Source: Mobula hypostoma (Eukaryota). From it: a stretch of 64,000 nucleotides of DNA. The DNA lies in contig NC_086097.1 in NCBI RefSeq assembly GCF_963921235.1, positions 123,816,001 through 123,880,000 on the forward strand, given 5' to 3'. The notes beneath the pieces were generated by a model. That model ran no database searches, was not told the origin of the DNA, and saw only the letters and a list, made by a program, of their open reading frames with translations. The position numbers and the translations under genes were made by a program. Shown one piece after another: positions 27,246 through 40,599 of this stretch (its first letter is position 1; every line of letters begins with the position of its first letter).

Positions 27246-29366
27246 ACAACTTCTCCCTTGCTTTTTTACAAAATTGTCATCATGACCAGTTATCTGATTT
27301 TCTAAGATACAAATTTGAAGAGATTATACAAGCAAAAAAAAATTGAAATGAAGCCATAAATTAGATTGGATGTACCAGAAGCATCTTCACCAAATAGTAT
27401 TTTGGGTTGTCACTAATTGGTTATGGAAAGCAGTAATACCAAATTTGTTAACAGGATAAAATGTTCTCCTTTTCTTTTATTGTACCATTACTGAAATCAG
27501 CACAGCAACATTACAGACACTCATGCCTTCAAGAATATTTTATACAAACTCAATCTCAAAAGTTTGAAATTGAGAGAAGATTGACATCATTTGTCCCACT
27601 GAACCTACATATTTGTGGAACTATATTATTCCTTTTTCCACAAGAATTTTAGTTGCTATTTGATTATTGAATTGCTTTCAGCACATGTTGTTGTTTAGTT
27701 CAGTTTGCTTGAATATTTCTTGCAGTCTCCTTAACTGATGTTGATCAGTTAATCCAGTTATTACTCTTGCCACTGAAAACATCCTTATCATCAAAATTCA
27801 TAACTTGAAGAGTCTTAAAACTCGGTGTCTAAAGTTACCACATCTACAGCCTCATCTTTTCCCAGTGAATCAATTACAAACAAGAATCTTTTACAAACAT
27901 GTGGTTGGTACCTGAAGAACAGAATGCAAGAGCTACTTGGAACAAAGTCAGTAAATCCTTATTGTATTTGTTAAGGAAGATGCTGGCAAAATATTAGAAA
28001 AAGGGGTAGAGGTAGTGGACTGAGGTAAAAATTAACAATAGGTATGTCATTCACAGATTCAGCAGACAGTGGAAACCTTGAGCAACAAACACAAAGTGGT
28101 GGAGGAACTCTGCAGGTAAAGGAGCATCCATGAAGAGGAATAAAGAGTCACGTTTTGGGCAGAGACCCTTTATCAGTACTGGAGAGGCTAGCTAAACCAA
28201 GACTAAACATCACAAGGACCAAGTGGACTGCATCTCAGAATGTGAAGGAAAGTGAGGATAGAGAAGGCAGAACATGCTCTCACCTTCCAATTCTTCCCAC
28301 ATTTTTGTTTTCTCTCAAGAAGTGGGAAAAGTGCCAGAGATTTTTAAGGGCATTTCTAGTAACTGCAGACTGGTCAGCATAACATCTGGTCTAGATGGTG
28401 TTTTAGAGAAAAAAATAATTGGTAAACTTAAGCAAGTCAGCACTTGGATATTTCAATTAAAAACACTGGATCATTAGATAGTGAAATTTGAATTCTCTAC
28501 CATCAGGCTGTGGGGGCTCAGTCATCATATTCATACAATGAACAGATTTCCACACATTGAGAAAATCAAGGATATGGGGAATAGTGCTGCAAAATGGAGC
28601 CAAGGATAATCTGCCATAAGATTAATAAATGGTGGAGCAGGCTTCAGGATCTGACAGCCCCTCCTGCTATTTCTTTTGCAAAGCAAGTAGTCTTTAAGAT
28701 TATGACAGGTTTAGAAAAGGTAGACAAAAAAAAGATGTTCCCATTAGCTCATAAACCTCCTACCCTCAAGTTTTTTTTATTCTGTCTTCCCCTTTCCTCT
28801 CCATTCCTGATGAATGGTTTATTCCTCTCCACAGGAGCAGAACTAGGCCATCCAGCCCATCGAGTCTGCTCCACCATTTGACCACGGCTGACTTATTTTC
28901 CATCTCAAGCCCATTCGCCCCATAACCTTTGATACCCTTATAAATCAAGAACCTATCAACCTTTGCTTTAAGTATACCTAAAAACTGGCCTCCACAGCCC
29001 TTTGTGACAGTGAATTCTGCAGATTCATCATTCTCTGGCTAAAGAAATGGCTCCTCATTTCTGCTCCAAAGAGATATCACTCTATTCTGAGGCTACTTGA
29101 CCTGCTGAGCTCCTCCAGCACTTTGTGTTCCCATTACCTGACGTTTCCGTTGGAGTTAAGTCTGTATCATTCTTTGTATTGTGTGTCTTATATTTTTTTG
29201 TGAATGTACCTGACGTTATGCTCCTCTGCTGCAGCAAGTAATTCATTTCATCTATGCATATGATAATAATCTCAATTTTGTATGTGACGCATCCGCTATT
29301 TTATAGTGTTGGTTACTGTAAGAATTGTGTGGGGTAAAGAGTAACAGATCCATCAAAATGCATTAC

Positions 29367-29477
29367 CCTGAAGGCGCCAGCTACGGAGAAAGCTAGAGTA
29401 ACCGCTATAGCTAAATGAAATCGCAGGCGTTTGGCCAGCAGGCCTCGCATGGCAGGCTTGGCAATCACAGAAGACAT
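29367..29477 (-). CDS. COX6C: COX6C first coding exon
   Basis: Acceptor ttttcctccag| at 29484, ATG at 29477, donor AGG|gtaatg. Encodes MSSVIAKPAMRGLLAKRLRFHLAIAVTLAFSVAGAFR (KP.MRGLLA.RLR.H signature). Spliced protein is 79 aa. Confidence 0.96.
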
Positions 29478-29649
29478 GGTTTACCTGGAGGAAAAGAAGA
29501 CAAAACTAACCTTAATACGGGCCTTAAAATCGGAATAAATTTAACAATAACAGCAAAATAGGTTAATACCCGAGGCAGCCCCCTCCCCACTCTCCCACAC
29601 AGTGGTTCCCCACCTCCAGGGTTATTCCCTGCCCAGTCAATCCCCAAAG

Positions 29650-30110
29650 CTCTTCAGTTCGGGGCCCCGCCGTTACTTCCTCTTCCAGCCGCCCTGACCC
29701 TGGCCGCAGGCTCCAAGGTTACCGGCGCGGATGCGGAACCCACAGGGACCATGATATTAAGCTGACGGACGTAGCATGCTCCTAGCGGCACCGCCGCATG
29801 AGCCCCGAAAAGCCGCCCCTCAATCCCAAGCCTGCAGCCCCGGCGCCAAAACTCACCCCCTTCCGTCCTTCTTACACGGCGACAAGACACCCGCTGCGCT
29901 GCCGACCAACACCAACTTCCGCTCACTACGCGATCATTTCCGCTCCTGGGACGCCGACTCCCGCTGCCAATCACCCCCTCTCGGACTCCACCCATTGGTT
30001 CGGATTCCTCACTGACACTTTCAAGTCCCACCCACATACGTCAGAGATCCCGCCCTTGCCCACGTGATAATAGCTCGGCTGGCCGGGGGGGGACAACTAC
30101 CAAACTCGCA
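29650..30110 (-). promoter_or_regulatory. CpG-island promoter of COX6C
   Basis: Strong local GC/CpG enrichment; ETS/GABPA-type ACTTCCG at 29915-29921, GC box CCGCCC near 30050, E-box CACGTG at 30061-30066. Confidence 0.8.
29857..29950 (-). other. COX6C: COX6C putative non-coding exon 1
   Basis: Consensus donor GGG|gtgagt at 29857/29856 within a CpG island; TSS estimated. Confidence 0.6.
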
Positions 30111-30209
30111 GAGGAACTGTGTGTGAACTCGAGCTGAAACTGTGAGGGGACGGAATTGTTGTTGTTTCTGGTTGGAACCTGCATTTCTCTCAAAGCCAAT
30201 GTCGGAAGT

Positions 30210-30465
30210 TATTCATTTATTTATTGAAATACAGCACGGAATAGGCCCTTCGAGCTGTGCCACCCAGCAATCCCCCGATTGAATCCTAATCTCATCATGG
30301 GACGGTTTACGATGACCAGTTAGCCTTCTTTGGACTGTGGGAGGAAACCGGAGCATGCGGAGGCAACCCGCTCGGTCACAGGGAGAAAGCATACAAACTC
30401 AGTGGTGGGAATTGAACCCGTGTCGTCTGTAGCGTAAAGCGTTGTGCGAACCGCTACGCGACTGC
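30210..30465 (-). mobile_element. tRNA-derived V-SINE
   Basis: A-box-like TAGCGGTT, B box GGTTCAATTCC, V-domain gagtttgtatgc...tgctccggtttcctcccacagtccaaa, tail (AAAT)n. Confidence 0.85.
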
Positions 30466-30499
30466 ATTCATCCTTTACATTCACAGTCGATGCTTTCAG

Positions 30500-31660
30500 C
30501 ACCGTTCTGTTACATTCCCACACACAAATAGCACTGCTGCAACTCAAGAGTGGTACACTACGACAATAATCCTCGCCCTGTCCGGGAGCAAAGAGCCACG
30601 ATACTGTGGTCCTTCCCCGCTGAGTCCTTCTGCAGTCGCTGCACCAAGTTTCAGTGCATCCCTCAGCACAACTCCTGCAGTTTGGCTGTACCACCAGGCC
30701 ACAGCATTCCTCCACCGACATCTCGATGTACTGGCAGACCAACCACACTCGAGCAGACCAAAAAGCGTCTTTCAGCAAGATGATGGCCCGCCGGCAGCAC
30801 TCGATGTTCACCTCCGTGTGCTTCCCTGAGAATAGCCACAATAAAACACAACCCACAGAGGTGAGCTACCGTCTCTTCCCCACCACAGTCATCACGCAGT
30901 CATGGGTTGTGCGGATGATTCTCCAGGGACGATCTGACTGGGAGGGCCCCTCTCACTCCAGCCAGGCTGTTAGTGAGACCGGGCGATGAGGCATTCTGCC
31001 AGATGGGCTGGACAGTCTGCTTGGGAGACCACCCCACTGAGTCCTTCCGCAGTGCCTGCAGAACGTTCTGCACTGACCACTGTCTTGTGGTCAAAGGTGC
31101 TGGCCCAGAAGAACTTTTCAACAAAGTACACGTGATGTTGGGCCATCTGGCTGACTGGGATGTTGCGCAGCAACAAAGCCAGACCCATCCTTTGCAACAC
31201 CAGGGTCAGATAAGATCTAGTCACGAAGTGGTACGTGGTACCTGCTTACTTAAATTCCATGCACAGCCTGATGCGGTTGCAGATGGATGTGTTCTTCAGG
31301 GTGAGAGTGACATTGGGTATGTTTTTGACCCCGCTGTCCAGGGTCTTGTGCATTTTTCCCTGTCTGGCCCACTCCAGCTTGGATCCCCAGATGAACCTGA
31401 AGACAGTTCAGGTGATTTCCAAAGTGGAGGACCAGGGGACAGACCACAAGTACAGCAGCTCTGAGAGCACCTCACACCTGATGACCAGATTCTTCCCAGT
31501 TATCAATAACTCCCTACAGTCCCAATTTCTGTGTTACTTTCGCAGCCCTCTCCAACCAATTCCTGTCGTATACCCTGGACCACACGCCCCCCCCCCCCGA
31601 ACCAGATTCCCAGCATCTTCACGTAATCAGACCTGATGCTGAAGGGGACTCTTTCAAAGA
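30500..31660 (-). mobile_element. Tx1/L1-clade LINE ORF2 C-terminal fragment (decayed)
   Basis: Remnants SDYVKMLGIWFGG, WQNASSPGLTN..VRGALPVRS, LKDAFWSAR..LV; related pieces at about 15180-15640. Confidence 0.7.
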
Positions 31661-31789
31661 CTCTGCAACTCATCAAAATCAACAAAAAACCTCGGCACGT
31701 CGTGGTACTTGGCGCCCACGTATTTAGGTTCCACACACACATCCTGATGCAGCCAAACACGAAGATGGTCATCAGGGTAAGGGTGGCAT

Positions 31790-34700
31790 TGGGTATAGTG
31801 TTATATTTGAATGCATTCAGTATACGGAACAAGGTAAGTGAACTTGCAGCACAGTTACAGATTGGGATGTATGACATTGTGAGCGTCACTGGATCGTGGC
31901 TGAAGGATTATAGCTGGGAGCTTAATGTCCAAGAATAGACATTGTATCGAAAGGGCAGACAGGTAGGCAGAGGGGCTGGCATGGCTCTGTTGGTAAAAAA
32001 AAAATAAAATAAAATTAGAAAGAGGTAACATAGAATCAGGAAGTATACAATCGTTGTGGGTAAAGCGAAGAAACTGCAAGACTCTGATGGGAGTTATACA
32101 CTGAGCTCTGAACAGCAGCAAAGATGTGGTCTACAAATTACAATGGGAGATAGAAAATGCATGTCAAAAGGGCAAAGTCATTGGGGATTTCACTATGCAG
32201 GTAGATTAGGAAAATCAGGTTGGTGCTGAATTCCAAGAGGGGGAATTTGTAGAATGCCCAAGAATGGCCTTTCAGATCAGCTTGAGGTTGAGTCCACTAA
32301 GGGATCAGCTATTCTTGATCGGGTGTTGTGCAATGATCAGAGAGTTAAAGGAAAGGAACCCTTAGGAGGCAGTGATCATAATATGAGAGGATTCACACTG
32401 GAATTTGAGAAGAAGAAGCTAAAGTCAGATGTATCAGTACTACAGGGGAAGAAAGGGAAATACAGAGAGGCATGAGAGAGGATCTGGCCAAAATTGATTG
32501 GAGGGCAACACCAGCAGGGATGATGGCAGAGCAGCAATGACTGGAGTTTCTGGGAGCAACTTGGAAGGCTCAAGATACAGGATAGATACATCCCAAAGAA
32601 GAAGTATTCTAAAGGCAGGATGATGGATGCAACCATGGCTAACAAGGGAAGTCAAAACCAACATAAATGCCAATGGTATTAAAGAGAATACCAAAAGTTT
32701 CTTCAGATATATAAAGTGTAAAAGAGAGCTGAGAACAGATATCAGACTGCTGGAAAATAATGCTGGAGAGGTAATAATTGGGAACAAGGAAATGGTAGAT
32801 GAATGGAATAAGTATTTTGCCTCAGTCTTCACTGGGGAAGACACTAGCAGTATGCTGGAAGTTTGAGAGTTTCGAGGGCAGAAGTGAGTGAAGTTGCCAT
32901 TACAAGGGAGAAAGTGCTTGGGAAACTGAAAGGTCTGAAGGTCGATAAGTCACCTGGACCAGATGACCTACACCCCTGATCTCAAAGAGATGGCTGAAAA
33001 GATTGTGGTGGCATTAGTAATGATCTTTCCAGAACCAATAGATTCTGGCATGGTTGCAGAGGACTGGAAAATTGCAAATGTCATTCCATTCATCAAGCGG
33101 TGTGGGAGGCAGAAGAAAGGAAATTTTAGGGCCAGTTAATCTAGCCTCAGTGGTTGGGAAGATGTTGACGTTGATTGTTAAGGATGTGGTTTCAGGCTGC
33201 TTGGAGGCACATGATAAAGAAGGCCAAAGTCAGCATGGTTTCCTCAAGGGTAAATCTTGCCTGACAAATCTGTTGGAATTCTTTGAAGAAATAACAAGCA
33301 GGATAGACAAAGGGGTATCGGTGGAAAGTGCACACTTAAGGCTTCTTAACAAGCTATGAGCCCATTGTATTACAAGAAAGATTCTAGCATGGATAAAGCA
33401 ATGGCGGATTGGCAGAGGATAAAGAGTGGGAATAAAGGGTGCCTTTTCTGGTTGGTTCTTGGTAACTAGTGGTTCCTCAGGGGCCTGTGTTGGGACTGAT
33501 TCTTTTTTTGGTATATGTCAATGGTTTGGATGAACGAATCGATGACTTTGTGGCCAAGTTTGCAAATGATATGAAGATAGGTGGAGGGGCTGGCAGTGTC
33601 AAGGAAACAGGCTACAGAAGGACTTAGACAGACAAGGAGAATGGGCAAGGAAATGGTAGATGGAATATGGTGTTGGGAAGTGTATGGTCATGCAATTTGG
33701 CAGAAGAAATAAAAGCGTAGACTATTTTCTAAATGGAGAGAAATTCAAAAATCTGATGTGCAAAGAGACTTGGAAGTCCACTAGCAGGTTTCCCTAAAGG
33801 TTAACTTGCAAGTAGGTTGCGGGTGAAGAAGGCAAATGCAATGTTAGCATTCATTTTGAGCGGAATAGAATATAAAAGCAAGAATGCAATGTTAAGGCTT
33901 TATAAGGCACAGGTGAGGCTTCATTTGGAGTATTGTGAGCAGTTTTGAACCACTTAGCTAAGGAAGGATATGCTGATATTGAAGAAGATTCAAAGGAAGT
34001 TCAAGAAAATGATTTTGGGAATTATGACGGGGTCCTGAATTACCCCTGTGAACTGTACTTTTGAAAAGAAAGAGAGAGAGTTGTTCAACACCAGACACCT
34101 TGTTATTAAGAGAGAGAGAGGTAAAAACTGCTTTGAGATGGTTTTATGTTTTCTCTGCTGCATGTTTACATTTTGCAAGGACACTGGCAGCTTCAAAGTT
34201 CTTACAGAGAGAGAAGGGTGGAGCTGCTTGATGGACAACTGGTGTTCAGCATGGTGAGATAAATAGCAGGTCAACTGTTAGACCTACAGACACATGGTTT
34301 GGGACGCTGAATGAGCTTTGTTGTGCCCACAGAAACGGTGGGTTTTGGAGGATCGATCAGTGGCTCTCACAATTTTCACAAAGGGTGTGACCAGTGGGGA
34401 GTTGTTCGTGTGTCCGACCCTCACCTGGGTTGATAATTCCACCATGGAAGAATGGTCCCCTTTGTTGTGGTCACAGTCGGTGACTTCTAAAGGATTTCGG
34501 AGGACAACGGGAAGATTGACGGTGTCAGCTCACCTTGAAGAATCAAACTTATCTCTCTCACTCTCTCTCCATCACTACTCAACTCAATACCATGAACTGA
34601 ACTGAACTTTACCAATCAGTGTAAGACTATCTATTTACCTCTAGACTTGAAGAAGCTTGGTTTTCATATATTTCTATATATATATATAAAGAATCATTGC

Positions 34701-35284
34701 TAACCTGTTTGATTTATCTGCATTTATATTACTGTATTGCATAGTTACTAATAAATAGCATTAGTTAATAGCAATACCGGACTCCAAAGTGTTTTCCATT
34801 TCTGCTGGTTCTTTAACCCATCACAGGGTACGTGACAGGAATGAAAAGCTTATTGTATTAGGAGCATTTGATGGCTCTGGGACTTTACTTACTAGAATTT
34901 AGAAGAACGCAGAGGGATTTCATTGAAACCAATTGAATGTTGAAATGCCTCGATAGAGTGGATGTGAGGAAGATGTTTCCTTTGGTGGGTGAGTCTAAGA
35001 CCAGAGGGCACAGCCTCACAATAGGGGGGCATCCACTTAGAATGGAGATGAGGACGAATTTTTTAGCTGTAGCATGGTGAATCTGTGGAATTCATTGCCA
35101 CAGGCAGCTGTGGAGGCCAAGTCATCTGGTATATTTAAGGAAGAGGTTGATTGGTCAGGACATGAAGAGATACGTGGAGAAGGCAAGTGATTGGGGCTGA
35201 GAGAGAATGGGTCAGCCATGATGAAATGGCGGAGCAGACTCAGTGGACCAAATGGCCTAATTCTGCTCCTATATCTTATGGTCT
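31790..35284 (+). mobile_element. Old CR1 LINE spanning most of ORF2, interrupted by a solo LTR
   Basis: LYLNAFSIRNK, GGSDHN, SQHGFLKGKSCLTNLLEFFE, 3' tail aattctgctcctatatcttatgg; many stops. Confidence 0.88.
34023..34837 (+). mobile_element. Solo LTR (815 bp) nested in CR1
   Basis: Termini TATGACG...CGTGACA (decayed TGTCACG inverted repeat), perfect 5-bp TSD GGAAT (34018-22 / 34838-42), internal AATAAA. Confidence 0.85.
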
Positions 35285-35429
35285 AAACATTACCCTATCT
35301 TCAGATATCAAACTTGAATAGCTCATGGGGCTTTGATGTAAATTTTAACTAAATTGTGTGTAAGGGATGAGGGTCCTGAACTGTTTCCCTTCTGCATAGA
35401 AACCCCCAAATGTTTTAGCACAACTTTAT

Positions 35430-36330
35430 TTTTTTACCTTGTGATTTATGATTGCATATTTTAATCATCGGTCTGGGGATAATTCCCCCTGCTGGTCGGC
35501 ATTTGTCATTGCTAGCAAGAGAAAAATTCAGTGGCTGCTTCACAAGTGGAGTAAAAAGTACAGTGTTGGGAAATGTATGATAATGCATTTTGGTTCTTGT
35601 TCGCTACTGGTGTAAGCTGTATTGATTGTCTCCTGTTATTTTTCACCTTATAAATCTCAAGGCTTCTCAGTCCTGTGTCGCTCTCATCATTATTACATTT
35701 TTCTTCAACAGCACAGATTAATGGTCTTTCTGAAACTGCAACTTGACTTTTTATCTTTTTCTCTTCCCTCGTCAGATTTTTGTCTGCCTGAGATACTCTT
35801 CGTATGTGTCCTACTTTTTGCATTTTCTGCAAGTTTTGTCTTTAAACCTGCATTGGTCTGGTGTATGTGAGCCCCTGCCATAATGGTAACACAATTTGTA
35901 GGTCTTTGTTCAGACGTTACATTATTGTTCATGTTCACTTTCTTGCCTGTCTGCAACTCAATTGCATTTTTTTTTTACTCAACCATTTCTCTCCTCTTGA
36001 GATGAAAGCGTGCTATGCTTTTTTTTTAAGCTCGACTGTCTCATTGCGCTTCAACAGGTAGGTAGTAGTCTCGGGTTTGTTTTAAAACTTACTCATCACC
36101 ACTGTTGTGTTTTGAAATGCCAGAAACTAATCGAAAGAAAAACACAGAACCAAGAGATGCGTGTCTACTTCGTTTTACTTTATTGAGGCACACACATATG
36201 ATGTGGTGGCATAATGACGTATGCCATTCACATACTTTTACATATAACCCGTAATCAATTATGTAAACAACAAAGAATGTTTAATCAAACAATATATTTA
36301 AAATATTACTGAAATATTAAATACATAGCA
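35430..36330 (-). mobile_element. Gypsy LTR retrotransposon remnant: 5' LTR (36103-36330), PBS, internally deleted gag-pol
   Basis: LTR TG...CA followed by PBS-like TGGTGATGAG; double zinc-knuckle remnant CYHYGRGSHTPDQCRFKDKTCRKCK/VGHIRRV at about 35795-35893; no 3' LTR seen. Confidence 0.78.
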
Positions 36331-37003
36331 ACTTCCAAAAACTGAATTTCTAACAACCACTTTAAAGAATCCTGGTAAATAACACAATGTGCCTGTATCA
36401 GATGTTAGTCTCTCCTTGGCGCCTGTGTGGTTAATGGAACTATTAACTTTGTAAGTGAATAATTATGCACCAGAGATAAAACAGTAAAGAAAGAGTAAAG
36501 ATTAGTTTTATTTGTCACATGAATATAGAAACATACAGCAAGATGTGATGTTTGTGTCAAATCAAATCAGTGAGGATTGTGCCTGGCAGCCCACAAATGT
36601 TGCCATTCTTCCGTCACCAACACAGCATGCGCACAACTTACCTGTACTGTGCTGGAGGGAACTAGTGCAACTGTGGGCAACCCACGTGGCCACAGGGAGA
36701 ACATACAAACTCCTGGCACACAGGGATGAGAATCAGACCCCGATCTTGCAGCGTTGCACTAATAGCTATGCTACCATGCTACCATCCCATGCCCCTTCCC
36801 CCAGTGAAACCAGTAAAAAATATAATTGCAGATTTCATTGTGAGGCTTCCCATGAAATAAATCTAGGTTAGAAGTAACAAGCTCCAAGTTCAAACTATAG
36901 TTAATTAAGTGGACTCCCTCTCAACCCCTCCTTCTAACTGCAGATCTTTCATATTTAAATATTCTATTATAAAAGCATTGTGGTCTGACATATTTTATTC
37001 ATA

Positions 37004-37022
37004 TTGTGCCCTCTGGTGGCAT
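37004..37022 (-). promoter_or_regulatory. Candidate CTCF binding site
   Basis: Minus strand ATGCCACCAGAGGGCACAA closely fits the CTCF core CCACCAGRGGGC, in apparently unique sequence. Confidence 0.5.
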
Positions 37023-38229
37023 TGAAAGTTCTGGTGACTGTGTGGGTAGAGCAGGAGCAGAAGTTTACAGTTCTAACACTTTTATTCAGCACAGGCTGTT
37101 TTGAGTACATCCACACAGATGTGTAGTTTAAACAGTGAATTGTGCGTCCGCTACTCTAGAATGGCTACTTCAATCACAGCCGTGGAAAAGACGGGCATTC
37201 CAGTTTCGGCTTCAGATGCTTGCTACAATAAGAAGTTGCTTCTGCCTGATTTATTTTTCTTTCATCAGATTTTACCCATCACTTTTTTTCCTTACCAACT
37301 TTTAAAAGGATTGACTAATAGCCGAGAATTATGTTGATACCTAAAAGCATTTTACACTGTATTCTATTAAATATGCCAAAAGAGTCCAGAGGAAGTTCAC
37401 AAGAATGATTCCGGGAATGAAAGGATTAATGTGTGAGGAGCATTTGATGGCTCTGTGCCTGTACGTGCTGGAATTTAGAAGAATGAGGGTCCTCTCATTG
37501 AAACCTATTGGATATTGAAAAGCCTAGATTGAGACGATGTGGAGAGGATGCTTCCAATCGTTGGGGAGTCTAGGACCAGAGGGCACAACCTCAGAACACA
37601 AGATGAAGAGGAATTGCTTTAACCGGAGCGTGAGGAACCTATGGGGAATTCATTGCCAGCTGTGGAAGCCAAGTCAATGGGTTTATTTAAAATGCACTTT
37701 GATAGGTTCATGATTAGTAAAGGCATCAAAGTTTATGGGGAGAAGGCAGGAGAGTGTGGTTAAGAGGGATAATAAATCAGCTATGATGGAATGGCGGAGC
37801 AAACTCAATAGGCCAAATGGCCTAATTCTGCTCCTGTATCTTATGGTCCTAAGGTCTTATGGCAAGTTTATTCTCTGTCACTGCCTTCTCACAGGGAATA
37901 ATGGCAAGTAACATTCATGTCACAAAACTATACACTTGTAATGCTACTGTGTCACTGTAATTTCCCTTGGGATCAATAAATTGTCTATCTATCAGGCAAT
38001 GAAATCTACATCAAGAAAGAGTCTTAACACATACCCTTGACATTCAAAGGCAATACCAAAATCAATTCCCCATCATCAGTATCCTGGGGTCACCAAAGGA
38101 TCAGCCAGAGAAGTACTATGGCTACAAGGGCAGATCAGGGGCTGGGAATCCCACGAGGACTGACTCATCCACTGAATTCCTGAGAAAGTTTTACTGTCTA
38201 CAAGGCACTAAGTCAGGAGTATGATGGAA

Positions 38230-38560
38230 TCATTGAATGTGAATCTTCAGGCTCCTGTACCTCCTCCTTATTGACAGTAATAAATGTGTGTAACCCAGCT
38301 GAGGGTCCTTAGTGATGGGTACTGCTGTCTTGAGGCACGGCCTATTCAAGATGTTCTCAATGATGCAGAGGGTTGTGCCCATGATAGATCTCTCTGAGCC
38401 TACAACACCTTTCACAACCCTGTGCATTGGTGCCTCCATGATGATGCAGCCAGTTAGAATGATCTTCACAGCACACCTGTAGAAATTTGCTGGAGTCTTT
38501 GGTGACACACCAAATCTCCTCAAATTCCTGATGAAGTAGAGCTGTCTGTGATCAGCTTGC
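38230..38560 (-). mobile_element. Rex1/Babar-like LINE RT C-terminal fragment
   Basis: RQLYFIRNLRRFGVSPKTPANFYRCAVKIILTGCI...RRYRSLK. Confidence 0.7.
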
Positions 38561-38589
38561 CTCTGCTTGAATGTGGAAGCGTTACACAT

Positions 38590-40305
38590 AGTTAGGGATG
38601 TAATGTTGAAGCTGTATCAGACAATGGTGAGTCCAAATCTGGAGTGTTGCGTGCAGCTCTGGTCACCTCCCTACAGGTAAGATATCAGTAAGAGTCAAGG
38701 AAAATTTGCATGGATGTAGCCGAGACCTGTGTTACAGAGAAAAGTTAACAGTTCAGGATTTTATTCCCTGGAGTGGAGGAGAATGAAGGGAAATTTCATA
38801 GAGGTGTACAAAATTATGAGGGGTAAAGGTCGGGTAAATACAAGCAGACTTTCTTCCCTCAGGTTGGGTGAAACTAGAACTAGAGGTCATAGGTTAAGGG
38901 TGAAAGGTAAAATATTTAAGAGGAACCTGAGGGGGAACTTCACTCAGAGGGTGGTGTAAGTGTGGAACAAGCTTCCAGCGGAAGTGGTGGATGGTGGGGG
39001 GTCGATTGCACCGTTTAAGTGAAATTTGGATAAGCACATGGATGGGAGGGGTATGGGGGGTTATGGTCCAGGTGTGGGTTGATGGGATTAGGCAGAATAA
39101 CAGTTTGGCATGGACTAGGTGGGCTAAGGGTCTGTTTCTGTGCTTTACTACCCTATGTCTCTGTGAGTCTCATCTTGTGTGGAGCACTGCAGTGCCATCA
39201 GCTGTCAAATCTGACATCATCCAAGGATTAAACAATCTGTTGGTAACAGTGTGCACCATCTACAAACTGCAGTTACTCACCCAGGCTGCTTCAAACCCAC
39301 AACAACTACATCAAAGAGGCATAAATGTACCGTGCACATAGGAACACCATCACCTATCTGTTCCCCTCCAGCATCCAGACCTGAAAATGCACTTCTGGTC
39401 CTTCAATTCACCTTGGACCTCCCTACCCAGCACAGCTTCAGCAGAATGGCAGCGGTGCTTCAATAAGGCAGCTTCCCAAGCAGGAATGGGCAATAAATGC
39501 TGATATTCCAGACAAGTAGCCAATATTCCATCACAGGGCCTTGTAGATGCTGAAAAGTCCTTGGGAGTATTCGGATCCTAAAATGTAAATTGTAAAAAGC
39601 ACTGTTACATTTGAGTGGGGAGTAGGAGCTAATTGCAAGTATTGCAGAGCTTGTAACCTAAAGATGTGTTCCAGTATATGAGAATTGTAAGTAATTGCTG
39701 CTTTGGGACAACTTGATCCTTGATTAGAGAGCCCCTCTTCAATAACTGACTTGGTCGTTGGTCTGGCCACACCTGGGGTTATGTGAGCAGTTTCTGCCAT
39801 TGGATAGGGTCCAGAGGAGGTTCACAACAATTATCCCAGGAACAGTAGGGTTAATGCATGAGAAGCGTTTGACGGCTCTGGGCCTGTACTCACTGGAGTT
39901 TAGAAAAATGGGGGGGGGGGGTGAATCTCAATGAAATCTATTGTATATTGAAAGGCCTAGATAGAACGGATGTGGTGATGATGTTTCCTACAGTGGGGGA
40001 GTCTAGGACCAGAGGGAACAACCTCAGAATTGAAGTATGTCTCTTTAGGACGGAGGTGAAGAGGAATTTCTTTAGCCAGAGGGTGGTGAAAATGTGGAAT
40101 TCATTGCCACAGACAGCTGTGGAGGCCAAGTCACTGAGTAGATTTAAAGTGGAGGTTGATGGGTTCTTGATTAGGAAGGGTGTCAAAGGTTATGGGGAGA
40201 AGGCAGGTGAATAATGTTGAGGGGGATAATCAATCAGCCATGATGGAAGAGCAGAGCAGACTCAAGGGGCCGAATGGCCTTGTTTTGCTCCTTTGTCCTA
40301 AGGTT
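38590..40305 (+). mobile_element. Two decayed CR1 3' fragments (about 38590-39160 and 39780-40305)
   Basis: YSLEWRRMKGNFIEVYKIM...TRGHRL; GESRTRGNNLRI...FFSQRVVKMWNSLP. Confidence 0.85.
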
Positions 40306-40599
40306 GAATTGAGGTGTTTAAGAGGCTCCTGGATATGCCCATGAATTTGCAGGGAATAGAGGGGTACGATCACATGCAGGCAGAAGGGATCAGTTCAACC
40401 GAGCATAAATTTTGTCACAAATGTCAGGAACAATGAGTTGGATTCTGAATTGCTGCACCGAGCCATGATGCGACCAGTCAGGAAATTTTCAAAAGTGCAT
40501 GTGTAGAAGTTCGTTGGGCTGTTTCATGACAAGCTGAACCTCCTTAAATTCCTTAGAAAGTAGAGGTTCCAGAGATTTTTTTTGCCTGTTCTGGTTGGC

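Noticed and set aside
29465..30067. GC-rich ORFs (29465..29647, 29654..30037, 29776..30015, 29798..30067)
   Set aside because: Low-complexity Pro/Arg/Gly translations expected from a stop-poor CpG island covering COX6C exon 1 and intron 1.
30400..30465. tRNA gene
   Set aside because: The A/B boxes belong to a SINE head followed by V-domain and tail; no full cloverleaf is evident.
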